A stretch of DNA of 64,000 bases from a virus (Duplodnaviria > Caudoviricetes). A model generated the notes under the pieces. It had not been told where the DNA came from. It made no database searches and worked only from the letters and a program-made list of their open reading frames with translations. Positions 50,185 through 60,616 of the stretch are shown here, piece after piece (position 1 is the stretch's first letter; each line of letters starts with the position of its first letter). The translations under genes and the position numbers were made by a program. The stretch covers positions 28,275 to 92,274 of IMG/VR virus record IMGVR_UViG_3300029288_000006. The stretch is one strand, 5' to 3'.

Positions 50185-50568
50185 AAAAATGGAAAAGAAT
50201 GAAGAGGAGTGCGGGAAAGTTATTTGTTACATGATTAATACTTCTGATAACCATGAAGATGGTAAAATATATTATTGTGCGTATCCTATTCCAGAATCAT
50301 GTGTTGAAGAATTAATTATTTGTTATATTAAAAGTCATATCCGAGATAATATTAAGTTTATTGGATGGAAAACAATTAATAATGGTGTGGGTATTTATCA
50401 TCCCGACGAAGAAATTCTGGTGTGTACATTTAAAAATATATTATAAGTAATTATTTAATCTTTTAAATTTCTCTTGGAACTTTTAATTATTTTAATTATA
50501 TTATATGATAATGCTAAGATTACTATTATAGGTAAAATACATCTTAATCAAAGTTTGGGTGTAAAACT

Positions 50569-52806
50569 ATGGCCACTGTCGCTATACCATTTATGAAATA
50601 TTCAACACCATCACCATCTCGAACAACTAATCTTAATTCTACCATTGCACCCCCCACACCATCAAAATCTACCAAAGAAATAAATGATGAAAATAAACTC
50701 GAACAAGATTTAAAAGATCAGGAAGATCAATCCAAACAATTACGCGATGAACTAGATAAACAAATTAACAAACAGACTGATGAAATTCAAAGTTCTCAAT
50801 TATTTACCGATCTTTCATCTTATATGCGTAGGTGTTGGGATGCGGCATTGCAAGCTAAACAGGAAATTCAGGAAACATTGCATGAATCTTCTTTGCAACG
50901 ACAGGGTAGATATACTGATGAGAAATTGGGTGAGATAGGTAAGATTAGCAGTTCTACTATATTTATGAATGTGACAAATGTAAAATGTAGAGCGGCTGAA
51001 TCGTGGTTGCGGGATATAGCATCCTCTATAAATGATAAAATGTGGAGTATAGAACCAACTATTCTACCGTCACTTAACCCTGAACTTTCTGAATCTATTT
51101 CACAATACATAAAACAACAAATAACTACCAACCCATATCTGGTAACATTTGAAAGCCAGAAAGAATTATATGATTATTTGCGTAAAGAGGTTGGTAGAGT
51201 TATAGATAAAGATGCCCATGATATTTCTAATCGCATGGAACGCAAGATAGGAGATCAGTTAGAGGAAGCTAAGTGGGATAATACACTTGATGTTGTACGC
51301 GCTGATATTGTTACCTATAAAGCTGGTATTCTAAAGTTTCCTGTAGTGCGCAAGAAAAGAGTTCTTAAATGGGTTCAGGACCCACAAAAAAATAAATGGG
51401 TTGCGCAACAGGTATTTGATACGGTCATGGATTGCGATAGAGTGTCACCGTTTGATTTATATCCCTCTCCGTATTCTACCACAATAGATGACGGATATTT
51501 ATTTGAAGTCCATAGACTTACCCGCCAAGATTTAATTGACATGATTGATATACCCGGATATGATGAATCTTCCATACGTACCGTTCTTAACACCTATCCA
51601 AATGGTCATAGTGTTTCTAGCACACGTAGCGATAGGCAATTAAAAGAAGATGCTGAAAATCGCGAACCCGATCGTTATGATAAGGTTGGTAGCCCAATGG
51701 AAACATTGGAGTTTTGGGGTACTGTACCCGGAAGATTACTACTTGATTGGGGAATGAAGTCAAGTGAAATTCCCGATCCAGATATGGAATATCAGGCTAA
51801 TGTATGGATGGTAGACACATATATAATTAAGGCTGTGTTAAATAAGAACTTGGATGGCAAGAAACCATATTATAAGACTTCATTTGAAAATGTACCCGGT
51901 AGTTTCTGGGGTCGCGGTATACCGGAAATTATAAAAGATATTCAGGATGTTTGCAACGCAACAGCTAGAGCATTGGTTAATAATTTGGCTATTTCTTCAG
52001 GCCCGCAGGTCATAGCAGATACCAGTAAACTTAAAATGGGTAGTGATGTTGAGGATATGTATCCATTTAAAGTCTGGTATTATGATTCTGAAAGTTCTAA
52101 TTGGAGTTCTTCTGTACCCGCCATAGATTTCTTTCAACCAGATAGTAATTCAGCAGAACTATTGCGTGTATATAACGATTTCTCGGCCAAAGCGGACGAC
52201 CATACTGGGATTCCTCCGTATGTATATGGTTCTACGGATGTGGGTGGAGCGGGTCGTACTGCCTCTGGCTTGTCAATGTTAATGACGAACGCCGCAAAGG
52301 GTATAAAATATGTAGTTGCTAATATAGATAGGGATATTATAGAACCAGCTATTACCACTATCTATAATTTTAATATGTTATTCGATCCAGATGATAGTAT
52401 TAAGGGTGATTTGTGTGTAATTGCTAAAGGTGTGTTGTCGCTCATATCCAAAGAACAGTTGCAGATTCGTCGCATGGAATTCCTTAATATTATTGCGAAT
52501 AGTCCGACATATCTTGGTATTGTTGGTAAGAAGGGTGCTGCATATTTACTGCGTGAAGGGGCTAAGACTCTTGATATTGATACGTCAAAGATCATACCCG
52601 ACGAGGAAGAACTTGAACGTATGGAAGAGATGGAACAAAAATTAGCGCAACAGCAACAGGTAATGAATATGATGCAACAATCTGGTCAACCCACACAATT
52701 GAATGGTACACCTCCGAATCTTCGTAATATATCACCATCGGGTGAACCGGTTCAGGGTACTGATACGGCAACCATGATGAACAGCGAAGGATTCAGATCG
52801 GGGTAA
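50569..52806 (+). CDS. portal protein
   Basis: 745 aa after TerL; FWGRGIPE..D.Q..N, TGIPPY.G..RTASG.SML, Gln-rich tail. Confidence 0.9.
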   Translation: MATVAIPFMKYSTPSPSRTTNLNSTIAPPTPSKSTKEINDENKLEQDLKDQEDQSKQLRDELDKQINKQTDEIQSSQLFTDLSSYMRRCWDAALQAKQEIQETLHESSLQRQGRYTDEKLGEIGKISSSTIFMNVTNVKCRAAESWLRDIASSINDKMWSIEPTILPSLNPELSESISQYIKQQITTNPYLVTFESQKELYDYLRKEVGRVIDKDAHDISNRMERKIGDQLEEAKWDNTLDVVRADIVTYKAGILKFPVVRKKRVLKWVQDPQKNKWVAQQVFDTVMDCDRVSPFDLYPSPYSTTIDDGYLFEVHRLTRQDLIDMIDIPGYDESSIRTVLNTYPNGHSVSSTRSDRQLKEDAENREPDRYDKVGSPMETLEFWGTVPGRLLLDWGMKSSEIPDPDMEYQANVWMVDTYIIKAVLNKNLDGKKPYYKTSFENVPGSFWGRGIPEIIKDIQDVCNATARALVNNLAISSGPQVIADTSKLKMGSDVEDMYPFKVWYYDSESSNWSSSVPAIDFFQPDSNSAELLRVYNDFSAKADDHTGIPPYVYGSTDVGGAGRTASGLSMLMTNAAKGIKYVVANIDRDIIEPAITTIYNFNMLFDPDDSIKGDLCVIAKGVLSLISKEQLQIRRMEFLNIIANSPTYLGIVGKKGAAYLLREGAKTLDIDTSKIIPDEEELERMEEMEQKLAQQQQVMNMMQQSGQPTQLNGTPPNLRNISPSGEPVQGTDTATMMNSEGFRSG

Positions 52807-52994
52807 AAGTAAATTATAATAATACGAGGGGAGGTTGGATGAAATGGCTAAAGCACCGGCAAAAAATGCAGTTGGTTCCGAACCGAAGAGTATGGGAAAA
52901 CCCAAAGATGTTTCCAATCCCATGAAGAATATGGGTGCTACAAAAAGAAACCCAAGCGCAAAAAGTAAGTAATGGAAAATAATTAGAGGAATCT

Positions 52995-53258
52995 ATGGAA
53001 GATACATCAAGACTTCTAAAAATTATTGATCATCTTAATTTAGACCCATTGTTTCTTGAATTTACGGAATGGTTGGAAGATAGGAATCAGAAAGTCATCG
53101 GCAAACTAAGATCAGAACATGATAATATGACATATATACTTCAGCTTAATGGTGCTGACATTGAACTTTCTGATATAATAAAAACAATTAAAACCGCTCG
53201 TGAAAAGTTAATGGAGATTGAGAACCGAGAACAAACTAAATCCGGGCGCCAAACATAG
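52995..53258 (+). CDS. small head-region protein
   Basis: GAGG RBS; lies between portal and scaffold. Confidence 0.6.
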   Translation: MEDTSRLLKIIDHLNLDPLFLEFTEWLEDRNQKVIGKLRSEHDNMTYILQLNGADIELSDIIKTIKTAREKLMEIENREQTKSGRQT

Positions 53259-53334
53259 ACTATAAACTAACTTACATACATTATCTCCATGTGTTATGTC
53301 TGTCAATTACAAATGAAAGGAAACGTGTTTTAAG

Positions 53335-54090
53335 ATGGCTCGTTATGAAAATTTGAATGTAACAACGCTGAATGTGAATAAGATAACGCCCATGCGCACA
53401 GGCAGTAGTTTCCCCGTTAATGTCCTGGATTTGACAGGTGTAACACCGGGAACTGGTACTACAGGATTTATTATTAAAGCAGGTACATCTGCGGCTATGC
53501 TTACAGATGCTAATGCTGGTGGTGCTGCAATTAAATGTTATATTAATTATACGGGTACTACGGGTCGTTATACCGGTTTGTGGATGGCTAATTATCTGAA
53601 CGCCGACTGGACTTCTGCTACTCAGGGTGCTGGTATTTATTCAATTCGTGGTGAGGTTGGACAGAAAGCTGCTACCACTATGACCATGAGTTCCAATCAG
53701 GGGTATATGGCTGGTGTTCAGGGTAAAATTTCCGTTAATGGTACAACTGCTGGTTCGTGGTATATGTGTGCTGGTTTGTTCCAGGTTCAGTGTGCTACTA
53801 CTGCAACATTTGGTGCTGGCGCTCAGTTATATGGTATCTGGGTAGATAATCAGGCTAGCGGCGAAGCTTGGCCAGTTGGTGGCAGTCATATGATTAATGT
53901 TACCAATAATGGTGCGGCAATAGATGATTTTATGTATTTCTATGGTGGTAATTCAGTATCTTATGTTTTCCAGTTTAGTACATGTGGAACCTGTGTTTCT
54001 GATTCTGGTGCTGGTGGTTCTACATCTAAGTATCTTAAGTGTACCATTGATGGTGTAGCTTATTCCATTCTTATTAAATCAGATGCGTAA
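53335..54090 (+). CDS. putative virion structural protein (Gly/Thr/Ala-rich, beta-rich)
   Basis: Composition and position in the head module. Confidence 0.6.
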   Translation: MARYENLNVTTLNVNKITPMRTGSSFPVNVLDLTGVTPGTGTTGFIIKAGTSAAMLTDANAGGAAIKCYINYTGTTGRYTGLWMANYLNADWTSATQGAGIYSIRGEVGQKAATTMTMSSNQGYMAGVQGKISVNGTTAGSWYMCAGLFQVQCATTATFGAGAQLYGIWVDNQASGEAWPVGGSHMINVTNNGAAIDDFMYFYGGNSVSYVFQFSTCGTCVSDSGAGGSTSKYLKCTIDGVAYSILIKSDA

Positions 54091-54223
54091 GTAGATAATT
54101 AGCGGATTGTCGTTCGATCTTTAAAATTTCTTTATGTATCTTTATTATATTGTGTTATATTATAGGGGAAGGAAAATAACAATTCTTCCCCTATAAACAT
54201 AAACAATTATTCGCGAGGTATGT

Positions 54224-54562
54224 ATGTTACTGTCAATTCATGAAAGATTATTGTTGCTTAGTATTCTTCCGAGAGAAGGAAGTATTGCTACAATTAAAAT
54301 AGTCAGGGAATTGCGTGAATCTCTAAGTTTTACATCTGATGAAAATATTCTTTATTCTATTAATATTAAACAAAATGATGATGGTAGTTCAAATATTATA
54401 TGGAAAGATAAACCGGATACTGGTGAAGAATGGGAACCGGTTGAAATAAATATAAGTCAAAAGGCTCACGAGATTATTATGGAAACATTTGAAAAGATGA
54501 GTACCAATAAACAGTTTTCTGAAGCTCATCTTGATTTGTATGATAAATTCAAAGAGGAATAA
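54224..54562 (+). CDS. hypothetical protein
   Basis: GAGG RBS. Confidence 0.6.
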   Translation: MLLSIHERLLLLSILPREGSIATIKIVRELRESLSFTSDENILYSINIKQNDDGSSNIIWKDKPDTGEEWEPVEINISQKAHEIIMETFEKMSTNKQFSEAHLDLYDKFKEE

Positions 54563-54653
54563 AATAAATTTTTATAGATTATTTTATTTTGTTATTTTAA
54601 CTGATGCTTGGGATCAACCCCAAACACATCACACATTTTGAGTTCCAGAAAGG

Positions 54654-55724
54654 TTGGACAGTATAATGGCAAATAAGATGCCGAGGGATTTACGCCCATA
54701 CGAGAACGAAGCATATGGAGACGGTAAACCCGTAGAATTTTCTGCTAGCCCTGCAAAACAGGAGACAGCAGAAGAAGTACAGGAAGAAACTCAAGAGGTA
54801 AATGAATTCAATAGTCAGGTTAATACACCAGAAAAACCATCTACAGAAAGTGCGCAACCGGAAAAAACTGATGTTAAAGTTGAGAAACCAACCGAGGATT
54901 TCCAACAGAAGTATAATGTTCTCAAGGGGAAGTATGATGCTGAGGTTCCTAAACTTTCCCGTAAGTTATCGGATCAGCAACGCAAAACCGATCAGCTTGA
55001 GAAAATGATTGGGATTCTTGAGGAACGTATCGCGATGGGTAAAGAACAGGAAGAAGTTAAAGCTGAAGAGAAAAATGTTGAAGTTGCGCAGGAACCCATT
55101 CAGTCGTCTGTTGTTTCCCAGGAAGATATTGATTCTTTTGGTGAACCTTTGATAAGGTTTATTCGCAAGATTGTTAAGGGAGAAATCAAACAGAGTATTG
55201 CAGATGAACTTCCTACACATATCAAGCAACTTTCTGATGAGATTGGTTCACTTCGCGGTGGATTGGCCAAGAGTGATGAGGAAAGATTTTATTCCGATCT
55301 CCATATATTAGCTCCTATGGTAGATATGCTCAATGAGGACGAAGGATTCAATGACTGGCTCGATCAACCCAATGATGAATTGAGTGGATATACCAGACGC
55401 GACTTCTTGAATGCGGCACTGAAGGAACTTAATGTTAAGAAAACTGCAAAGTTTTTTACTACATATGCTGAACTATTGCAAGAGAAAGTACAGATACCCA
55501 CAGAACCAACTAAACCACAGATTAAATCTGATGCTATATCGGAAATGGTAGAACCATCAAAGACTCGCGGTGGTGGTGCTGAGGTGAATAGACCTGTACA
55601 TCAACGGCAATATTCAATGAATGATTTGAATGAATTGGGGAATTTGGTTAAAGAACGTAAAATTTCGCAAGGGGAATTTGATAGGAGATATAAAGAAATA
55701 GTTTCTAATTTAAAAGTGAGATAA
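54654..55724 (+). CDS. capsid scaffolding protein
   Basis: Acidic disordered N-terminus, KY..LKGKYDAEVP.L coiled coil; immediately upstream of the MCP. Confidence 0.8.
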   Translation: MDSIMANKMPRDLRPYENEAYGDGKPVEFSASPAKQETAEEVQEETQEVNEFNSQVNTPEKPSTESAQPEKTDVKVEKPTEDFQQKYNVLKGKYDAEVPKLSRKLSDQQRKTDQLEKMIGILEERIAMGKEQEEVKAEEKNVEVAQEPIQSSVVSQEDIDSFGEPLIRFIRKIVKGEIKQSIADELPTHIKQLSDEIGSLRGGLAKSDEERFYSDLHILAPMVDMLNEDEGFNDWLDQPNDELSGYTRRDFLNAALKELNVKKTAKFFTTYAELLQEKVQIPTEPTKPQIKSDAISEMVEPSKTRGGGAEVNRPVHQRQYSMNDLNELGNLVKERKISQGEFDRRYKEIVSNLKVR

Positions 55725-55823
55725 CAAAAATTGTCTAGTTTTAAATTTAATTTTTCTTTAATCTTTTACCACTCCAATGCGAGATTCTTACATAACATTA
55801 ATACAATTGGAGTGTGAATTTAG

Positions 55824-56750
55824 ATGGCTATTTATCCTGTTTCGAGTGGAGTCGCTGATCTTTCGGGAACTTATATTCCGCAGCTTTGGGACCCCCGTAT
55901 TCAGATGAGGTTTTATGCTAATTCAGTTATTTATGATATATGCAATACAGATATAGAGGGAACTATCAAGAAATATGGAGACAAAGTTTACATCCGTACC
56001 CTTCCCGATATTACAGTGAGTACATACAATAAGGGTCAGAAATTAAATGTCGAGTCTCCTAGTGCTGCGAATAAGACTCTGAGTATTGATAGTGGAAAAT
56101 ATTTTGCGTTTTTGCTTGAAGATGTTGATGAAGTCCAGTCCGATCTGGATCGTCTTTCTGCGTGGACCGAGACTGCTGGTAAACAACTTCAGGAACAAAT
56201 AGATACTGCTGTTCTCCAGGGTATTTACGCCAGTGGTCATGCATCTAATATGGGTACAACCGCAGGTGTGGATTCGGCAGGGTTTAATCTTGGTGCATAT
56301 TCTGGTTCTGGGTTACCAATCACTAAGAGCAATATTATTGATTATATTGCTGACTGTGCATCCGTCCTTGATGAGCAGAATTGCCCTGATGACGGCAAAC
56401 GCTGGATTGTTCTTCCTCCGTTGTTTACCAATCTAATTAGTAAATCCGATCTTAAAGATGCATCTCTTAGCGGTGATGGTGAATCTATTGCTCGTAATGG
56501 TAAACTCGGTATTATTGCCAATATGACAGTATATAAATCTAACCATGTAAAGAGTGTCTCTGATACCAATACTTGTTGGTATTGTCCATTCGGACATCCG
56601 ATGGCAATCTCTTTCGCATCTCAATTGGATAAAACCGAAACAATTACCTCCCAGGATACATTCGGGAAAATTGTTCGTGGACTTATGGTCTATGGATATA
56701 GTGTCACGAAAACTGAGGCACTTGGGATTCTGTATGGTTATAAGGGTTAA
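55824..56750 (+). CDS. major capsid protein (HK97 fold, P22-coat-like family)
   Basis: YIPQLW, EG.IK..GDKV.I, ID..KYFAF..DVD, NGKLG..NM.VY.SN, RGL.VYG. Confidence 0.92.
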   Translation: MAIYPVSSGVADLSGTYIPQLWDPRIQMRFYANSVIYDICNTDIEGTIKKYGDKVYIRTLPDITVSTYNKGQKLNVESPSAANKTLSIDSGKYFAFLLEDVDEVQSDLDRLSAWTETAGKQLQEQIDTAVLQGIYASGHASNMGTTAGVDSAGFNLGAYSGSGLPITKSNIIDYIADCASVLDEQNCPDDGKRWIVLPPLFTNLISKSDLKDASLSGDGESIARNGKLGIIANMTVYKSNHVKSVSDTNTCWYCPFGHPMAISFASQLDKTETITSQDTFGKIVRGLMVYGYSVTKTEALGILYGYKG

Positions 56751-56774
56751 GGATAAAAAGTTGGTTTATGGTAA

Positions 56775-56811
56775 TGGTAGGATAGTATTGTAAATCTTTA
56801 TTATCCTACCA
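56775..56811 (+). terminator. stem-loop after the MCP gene
   Basis: TGGTAGGATAGTA/TATTATCCTACCA. Confidence 0.55.
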
Positions 56812-56852
56812 AATAAATTCATGACTTATATTTTCCCTAGGGGTGTTATATA

Positions 56853-57323
56853 ATGGCAGCTTATGATTATTCGACAACTGCTCATGGGGGTGGACAGGGA
56901 TTCGCAGCTACTACAATGGGTAGGTGTCAAGCATTTAGGATACCCATTAATGTTGCAACTGTTTGCGCGGATTTGAGTCTATCGGCATTTACCGCTGCTG
57001 ATACTCTAAAAATCTGGCTTATTCCTGTTGACTTTCATATGCAGGGTGTTCGTGTTGAAGTTAAAACAGCGTGTACAACTACGGCTGCGCAAACTATTGA
57101 CATTGGAGATGCTATAGGTACTGGTGAGGATTATTGGATGAGCGCAAGAGATATAAAAACTGAATCCGATACCAGTTCAATTACTTACAATACTGCGGTT
57201 GGTGGTAATATTTATACTACTGCTACCAGTTACATCATTATTCTTTTCAATGGTGCGGCTGCTGATGGTATATTCGATGTTGTTATTTGGGGAACTGATA
57301 CTACTGCCCCGGACAAAGATTAA
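56853..57323 (+). CDS. putative capsid decoration/cement protein A
   Basis: Follows the MCP; close paralog of the next gene. Confidence 0.7.
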   Translation: MAAYDYSTTAHGGGQGFAATTMGRCQAFRIPINVATVCADLSLSAFTAADTLKIWLIPVDFHMQGVRVEVKTACTTTAAQTIDIGDAIGTGEDYWMSARDIKTESDTSSITYNTAVGGNIYTTATSYIIILFNGAAADGIFDVVIWGTDTTAPDKD

Positions 57324-57368
57324 TTAAATAGGTATTGATATTTTAAACTTTTTCATTAGGAGAAAAAT

Positions 57369-57830
57369 ATGGCTGCATACGATTATTCAACTACTACTTA
57401 CGGTGGGGGCCAGGCTTTGGCGGCGACTACTTCGGGACGTGGTGTCGCATTTAGAATCCCCGTAAATACCGCAACTCTTTGCACGGCATTTGGTATATCG
57501 GCATTCACTGCTACTGATACTGTCTATATATGGAAAATTCCCGAACATTTTCATATGGAGGGTGTTAGGGTTGAGGTTAAGACCGCTGGTACTCCAGCTA
57601 CTTCCACTATGGATGTTGGAGATGCTACACAGGCTGCGGGTTGGCAGAGTAATACTGATTTGGTTACCGTTGCCGATACCGCTTCAATCACCTATAACTC
57701 TGTTGTTGGTGGTAAGATTTATGTTATCGGTACAGACCCATATATAGTTCTTAGGTTTGACCATGCTGCGGCAACTGGTACTTTTGATCTTGTTATTTGG
57801 GGTATTGATACCGATGCTCCTGAGTGCTAA
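57369..57830 (+). CDS. putative capsid decoration/cement protein B
   Basis: Shares MAAYDYSTT, AFRIP.N, FHM.GVRVEVKTA and FD.VIWG.DT.AP with the previous gene. Confidence 0.7.
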   Translation: MAAYDYSTTTYGGGQALAATTSGRGVAFRIPVNTATLCTAFGISAFTATDTVYIWKIPEHFHMEGVRVEVKTAGTPATSTMDVGDATQAAGWQSNTDLVTVADTASITYNSVVGGKIYVIGTDPYIVLRFDHAAATGTFDLVIWGIDTDAPEC

Positions 57831-57847
57831 ATAAACTATTGAATTTG

Positions 57848-57879
57848 GATGGGAGATTGATATATCACTTTCTCCCATC
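57848..57879 (+). terminator. stem-loop after the decoration genes
   Basis: GATGGGAGA/TCTCCCATC. Confidence 0.5.
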
Positions 57880-57894
57880 TACTTTACCTTAAGG

Positions 57895-58341
57895 ATGAGA
57901 TATATGCGGTACATGAGAAAAATTGGAACCAACATGATATTCCCATATGATCCAAATCCAAATGTTTTAGCGGAATGCGAATTATTGCCAGAAGGATTTG
58001 ATCCCATCACCAAAACTATTAAAAAAGAAGAAGTCAAAGAAGTAGTTAGGGAAACAGTTAGGGAAATAGCAAAGGAAGAAACAAAACCTGATACCAAGAT
58101 CAAGGATGTTAAAGTTCCAGAACCACCGGAGGTTGAAGAACCGCTATTCACCGTTGATTCCGTTGATATGTTTATTGACACAACTCCAAATTATTCAAAT
58201 CTGAGACGTTCTCAGGCTATGAATGAGGCTAAGACTCGAAGCATTCCGACATCTGTTACAGAAACACGGGATGATATTATCGCGAAATTAGTTGAAGATG
58301 ATAAGTCTAAACAAGATAAAGGTAAAACTAAGAATATATAA
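57895..58341 (+). CDS. hypothetical protein with C-terminal Rho-N/HeH-like helix pair
   Basis: L..EAK.R.IP....RDDIIAKL. Confidence 0.55.
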   Translation: MRYMRYMRKIGTNMIFPYDPNPNVLAECELLPEGFDPITKTIKKEEVKEVVRETVREIAKEETKPDTKIKDVKVPEPPEVEEPLFTVDSVDMFIDTTPNYSNLRRSQAMNEAKTRSIPTSVTETRDDIIAKLVEDDKSKQDKGKTKNI

Positions 58342-58352
58342 GGTGAATTGAG

Positions 58353-59027
58353 TTGACATTAATGAGTTACACTTTGGCAACATTAGCCACGCGAACACGC
58401 AGAATACTTCATTCGTATACTCAGATTAATTGGGAAGATACTACGATATATGAGTATCTGAATGAGGGATATGTTAATTTTGGTGTTAGATCGGAATGTT
58501 TAAGAAAAGAAACCAGTGTTACTCTTACTGCTGATACATCAATTCAAACATTACCAACAGATACTATTACAATTTATCGTGCAGAATGGGATAGTCTTAA
58601 AGTTGCCATGACAGATACACATACTATGGACATGACATATGGGGATGGATGGAGAACAACTACTGGTGAAATAGTAGAAAATATTCTTCAAGATAATGAG
58701 GATGCGGGGAAGTTCAGGATTTACCCAATATTAGATACTGAGGCTATAGGTACAACTAAACTTAAACTTATACATTCTTATATACCAGCAGAAATAGTTT
58801 CACCGTGGACAACCGCTTTATCTATCCCCATAATATATCAGGTTAATTTATCTGATTATGCAATATATAGATGTCTATATGAACAGGTACAGTCTGATAG
58901 AAATATACCATTGGCAGATAGGCATTATGATTTATATATGGATGCGGTAATGAGATGTAGAAAAGAAAGTTTTGAAAGTAAATTGTTTGATGTTGAGGGT
59001 AGAGTTAAACATAGGAGATTTGTATAA
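58353..59027 (+). CDS. head-tail adaptor / tail tubular A-like protein 1
   Basis: TL..L..R.R..L..W.D..I..YLNEG, IYP, L.DYAIYRC. Confidence 0.7.
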   Translation: MTLMSYTLATLATRTRRILHSYTQINWEDTTIYEYLNEGYVNFGVRSECLRKETSVTLTADTSIQTLPTDTITIYRAEWDSLKVAMTDTHTMDMTYGDGWRTTTGEIVENILQDNEDAGKFRIYPILDTEAIGTTKLKLIHSYIPAEIVSPWTTALSIPIIYQVNLSDYAIYRCLYEQVQSDRNIPLADRHYDLYMDAVMRCRKESFESKLFDVEGRVKHRRFV

Positions 59028-59076
59028 AAATAGAGTTTATGTAATTAATATATTTTAGAAAGTTAGGTGAACAAAA

Positions 59077-59832
59077 TTGTCTGATGTTCTTGTTATTACA
59101 CAAGCCGAAATGGTTACAAATATTCGAGCATTGCTTAATGAACCAGTCGCGCTTGGAATTTCTGATGATGATATTAAAATGTTTTTAGATGATGCAGTAG
59201 TAGACCTTTCTACTAAAACAAATCTAGCAAGAACAAGAGATACGTTTATCACTCTTGCTGGGAGTGCTACTTATGCAAGTTCTCAGAGCGAATATCTTGT
59301 TTCTGCTGATGCTGCATTAGCCGTATCTGGATATAAAATTGCGAGTGTTATGTATTTAGGTACTACCATTACTGCCGATGATGGTGTTGACGTTGGATTT
59401 GGTACGGCACGAGGTCTGGCAAAGATACACCCCAGGATGGTTGCGCATTTACCATCTACACTTGGTATTCCCATATACTGGTATTATACTACATCTATTG
59501 TTGGTGCATCTAGCGCAGATGTTGTAGGTATTTGGCCTAAACCGGCAGCCGCCCAAACCAGTCAATTGCTTAGAGTATTGTATTATGAATATCTTCCGGG
59601 TTATTTAGATACTGGACAGGATGATAATACTGTTCCAGATTGGGCGCAAGATGTTCTTATGTGGTATACTTATGCCAAATGTCTTGAGCGTGAAGGTAGA
59701 TTCGCTCAAGCCGAACAGTATATGAGTTATTATAATAATATAGCGATGTTCATGAGAAATGATATTACTAATCCAGATATTGATTCTAAGGATATGATGG
59801 TGCAACCTGATTATACTCGTGTTGTACAGTAA
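59077..59832 (+). CDS. head-tail adaptor / tail tubular A-like protein 2
   Basis: IRALLNEPVA..SD.DI..FL, G.P.YW, IWPKP, P.WAQDVL.WY..AKC. Confidence 0.7.
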   Translation: MSDVLVITQAEMVTNIRALLNEPVALGISDDDIKMFLDDAVVDLSTKTNLARTRDTFITLAGSATYASSQSEYLVSADAALAVSGYKIASVMYLGTTITADDGVDVGFGTARGLAKIHPRMVAHLPSTLGIPIYWYYTTSIVGASSADVVGIWPKPAAAQTSQLLRVLYYEYLPGYLDTGQDDNTVPDWAQDVLMWYTYAKCLEREGRFAQAEQYMSYYNNIAMFMRNDITNPDIDSKDMMVQPDYTRVVQ

Positions 59833-59851
59833 AATAGGAAGGTGAAAATAA

Positions 59852-60541
59852 ATGGCAGTAACATTCCCAATATCCAAAGCTAATGCGCTGGCTGAGGTGA
59901 GACGTATTATCCGAGAACCGGTTGCATTGAATTTTTCTGATACAGAAATTAATACATGGTTGCAGAATGGTGCTCGTCAATTTTCGGTACTCACGCTTTG
60001 CAATCCAGTATCGGAATCTATTACACTTGCCCAATATACATTTTGGACTACATGTACTCTTAAGATATTTAAGATTGAACATGTCGTCTATGATATACTT
60101 GGTGCTGATACTAATGCTCAAGGCCCGATTGGTCTTGAACGAATATCAGCAGAACAACTTGGCAATATTGCAACTGGTACGGGAGCACCAAGATTTTATT
60201 CGGTGTGGACTGCTGGTGGTACTGAATATTTACCCGTAATTTATTTATGTCCTGTTACCGTATCTACATCTTCACCCAAACTAACCGTTATGGGATACCA
60301 GTTATTTAGTGATTTTTCTACTGATATTCGTCAATCATATACTCAGTATCCCTGTATTTACTTTGCACTTTCATGTTGTGCAGCAAAAGCTGGACAGCAT
60401 TCCTTATCTGCTTTGTATATGAAGAAGTTTCTTGGGGATTGCGGTTTCTATAGACGCGAGATTGGCGATTGGCGTAAACAGGTTGATTCAAAAGATAAAT
60501 TTAAACTTCCAGATGTTACAAGAACAGCACCCACTGGTTAA
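59852..60541 (+). CDS. head-tail adaptor / tail tubular A-like protein 3
   Basis: VRRIIREPVA..SD.EI..WL, GAPRFY, C-terminal DSKD..PD.TR shared with the previous gene. Confidence 0.7.
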   Translation: MAVTFPISKANALAEVRRIIREPVALNFSDTEINTWLQNGARQFSVLTLCNPVSESITLAQYTFWTTCTLKIFKIEHVVYDILGADTNAQGPIGLERISAEQLGNIATGTGAPRFYSVWTAGGTEYLPVIYLCPVTVSTSSPKLTVMGYQLFSDFSTDIRQSYTQYPCIYFALSCCAAKAGQHSLSALYMKKFLGDCGFYRREIGDWRKQVDSKDKFKLPDVTRTAPTG

Positions 60542-60616
60542 TTATAAAACTAGTTGATTGCATTTCTGATTATATTATTATGATTTTAACTTTTGTTTCT
60601 GGGGGTTGAAATTTAA

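Noticed and set aside
56554-56793. Programmed frameshift extending the major capsid protein
   Set aside because: The alternative frame extends only about 14 codons past the stop, and no convincing slippery heptamer is present.
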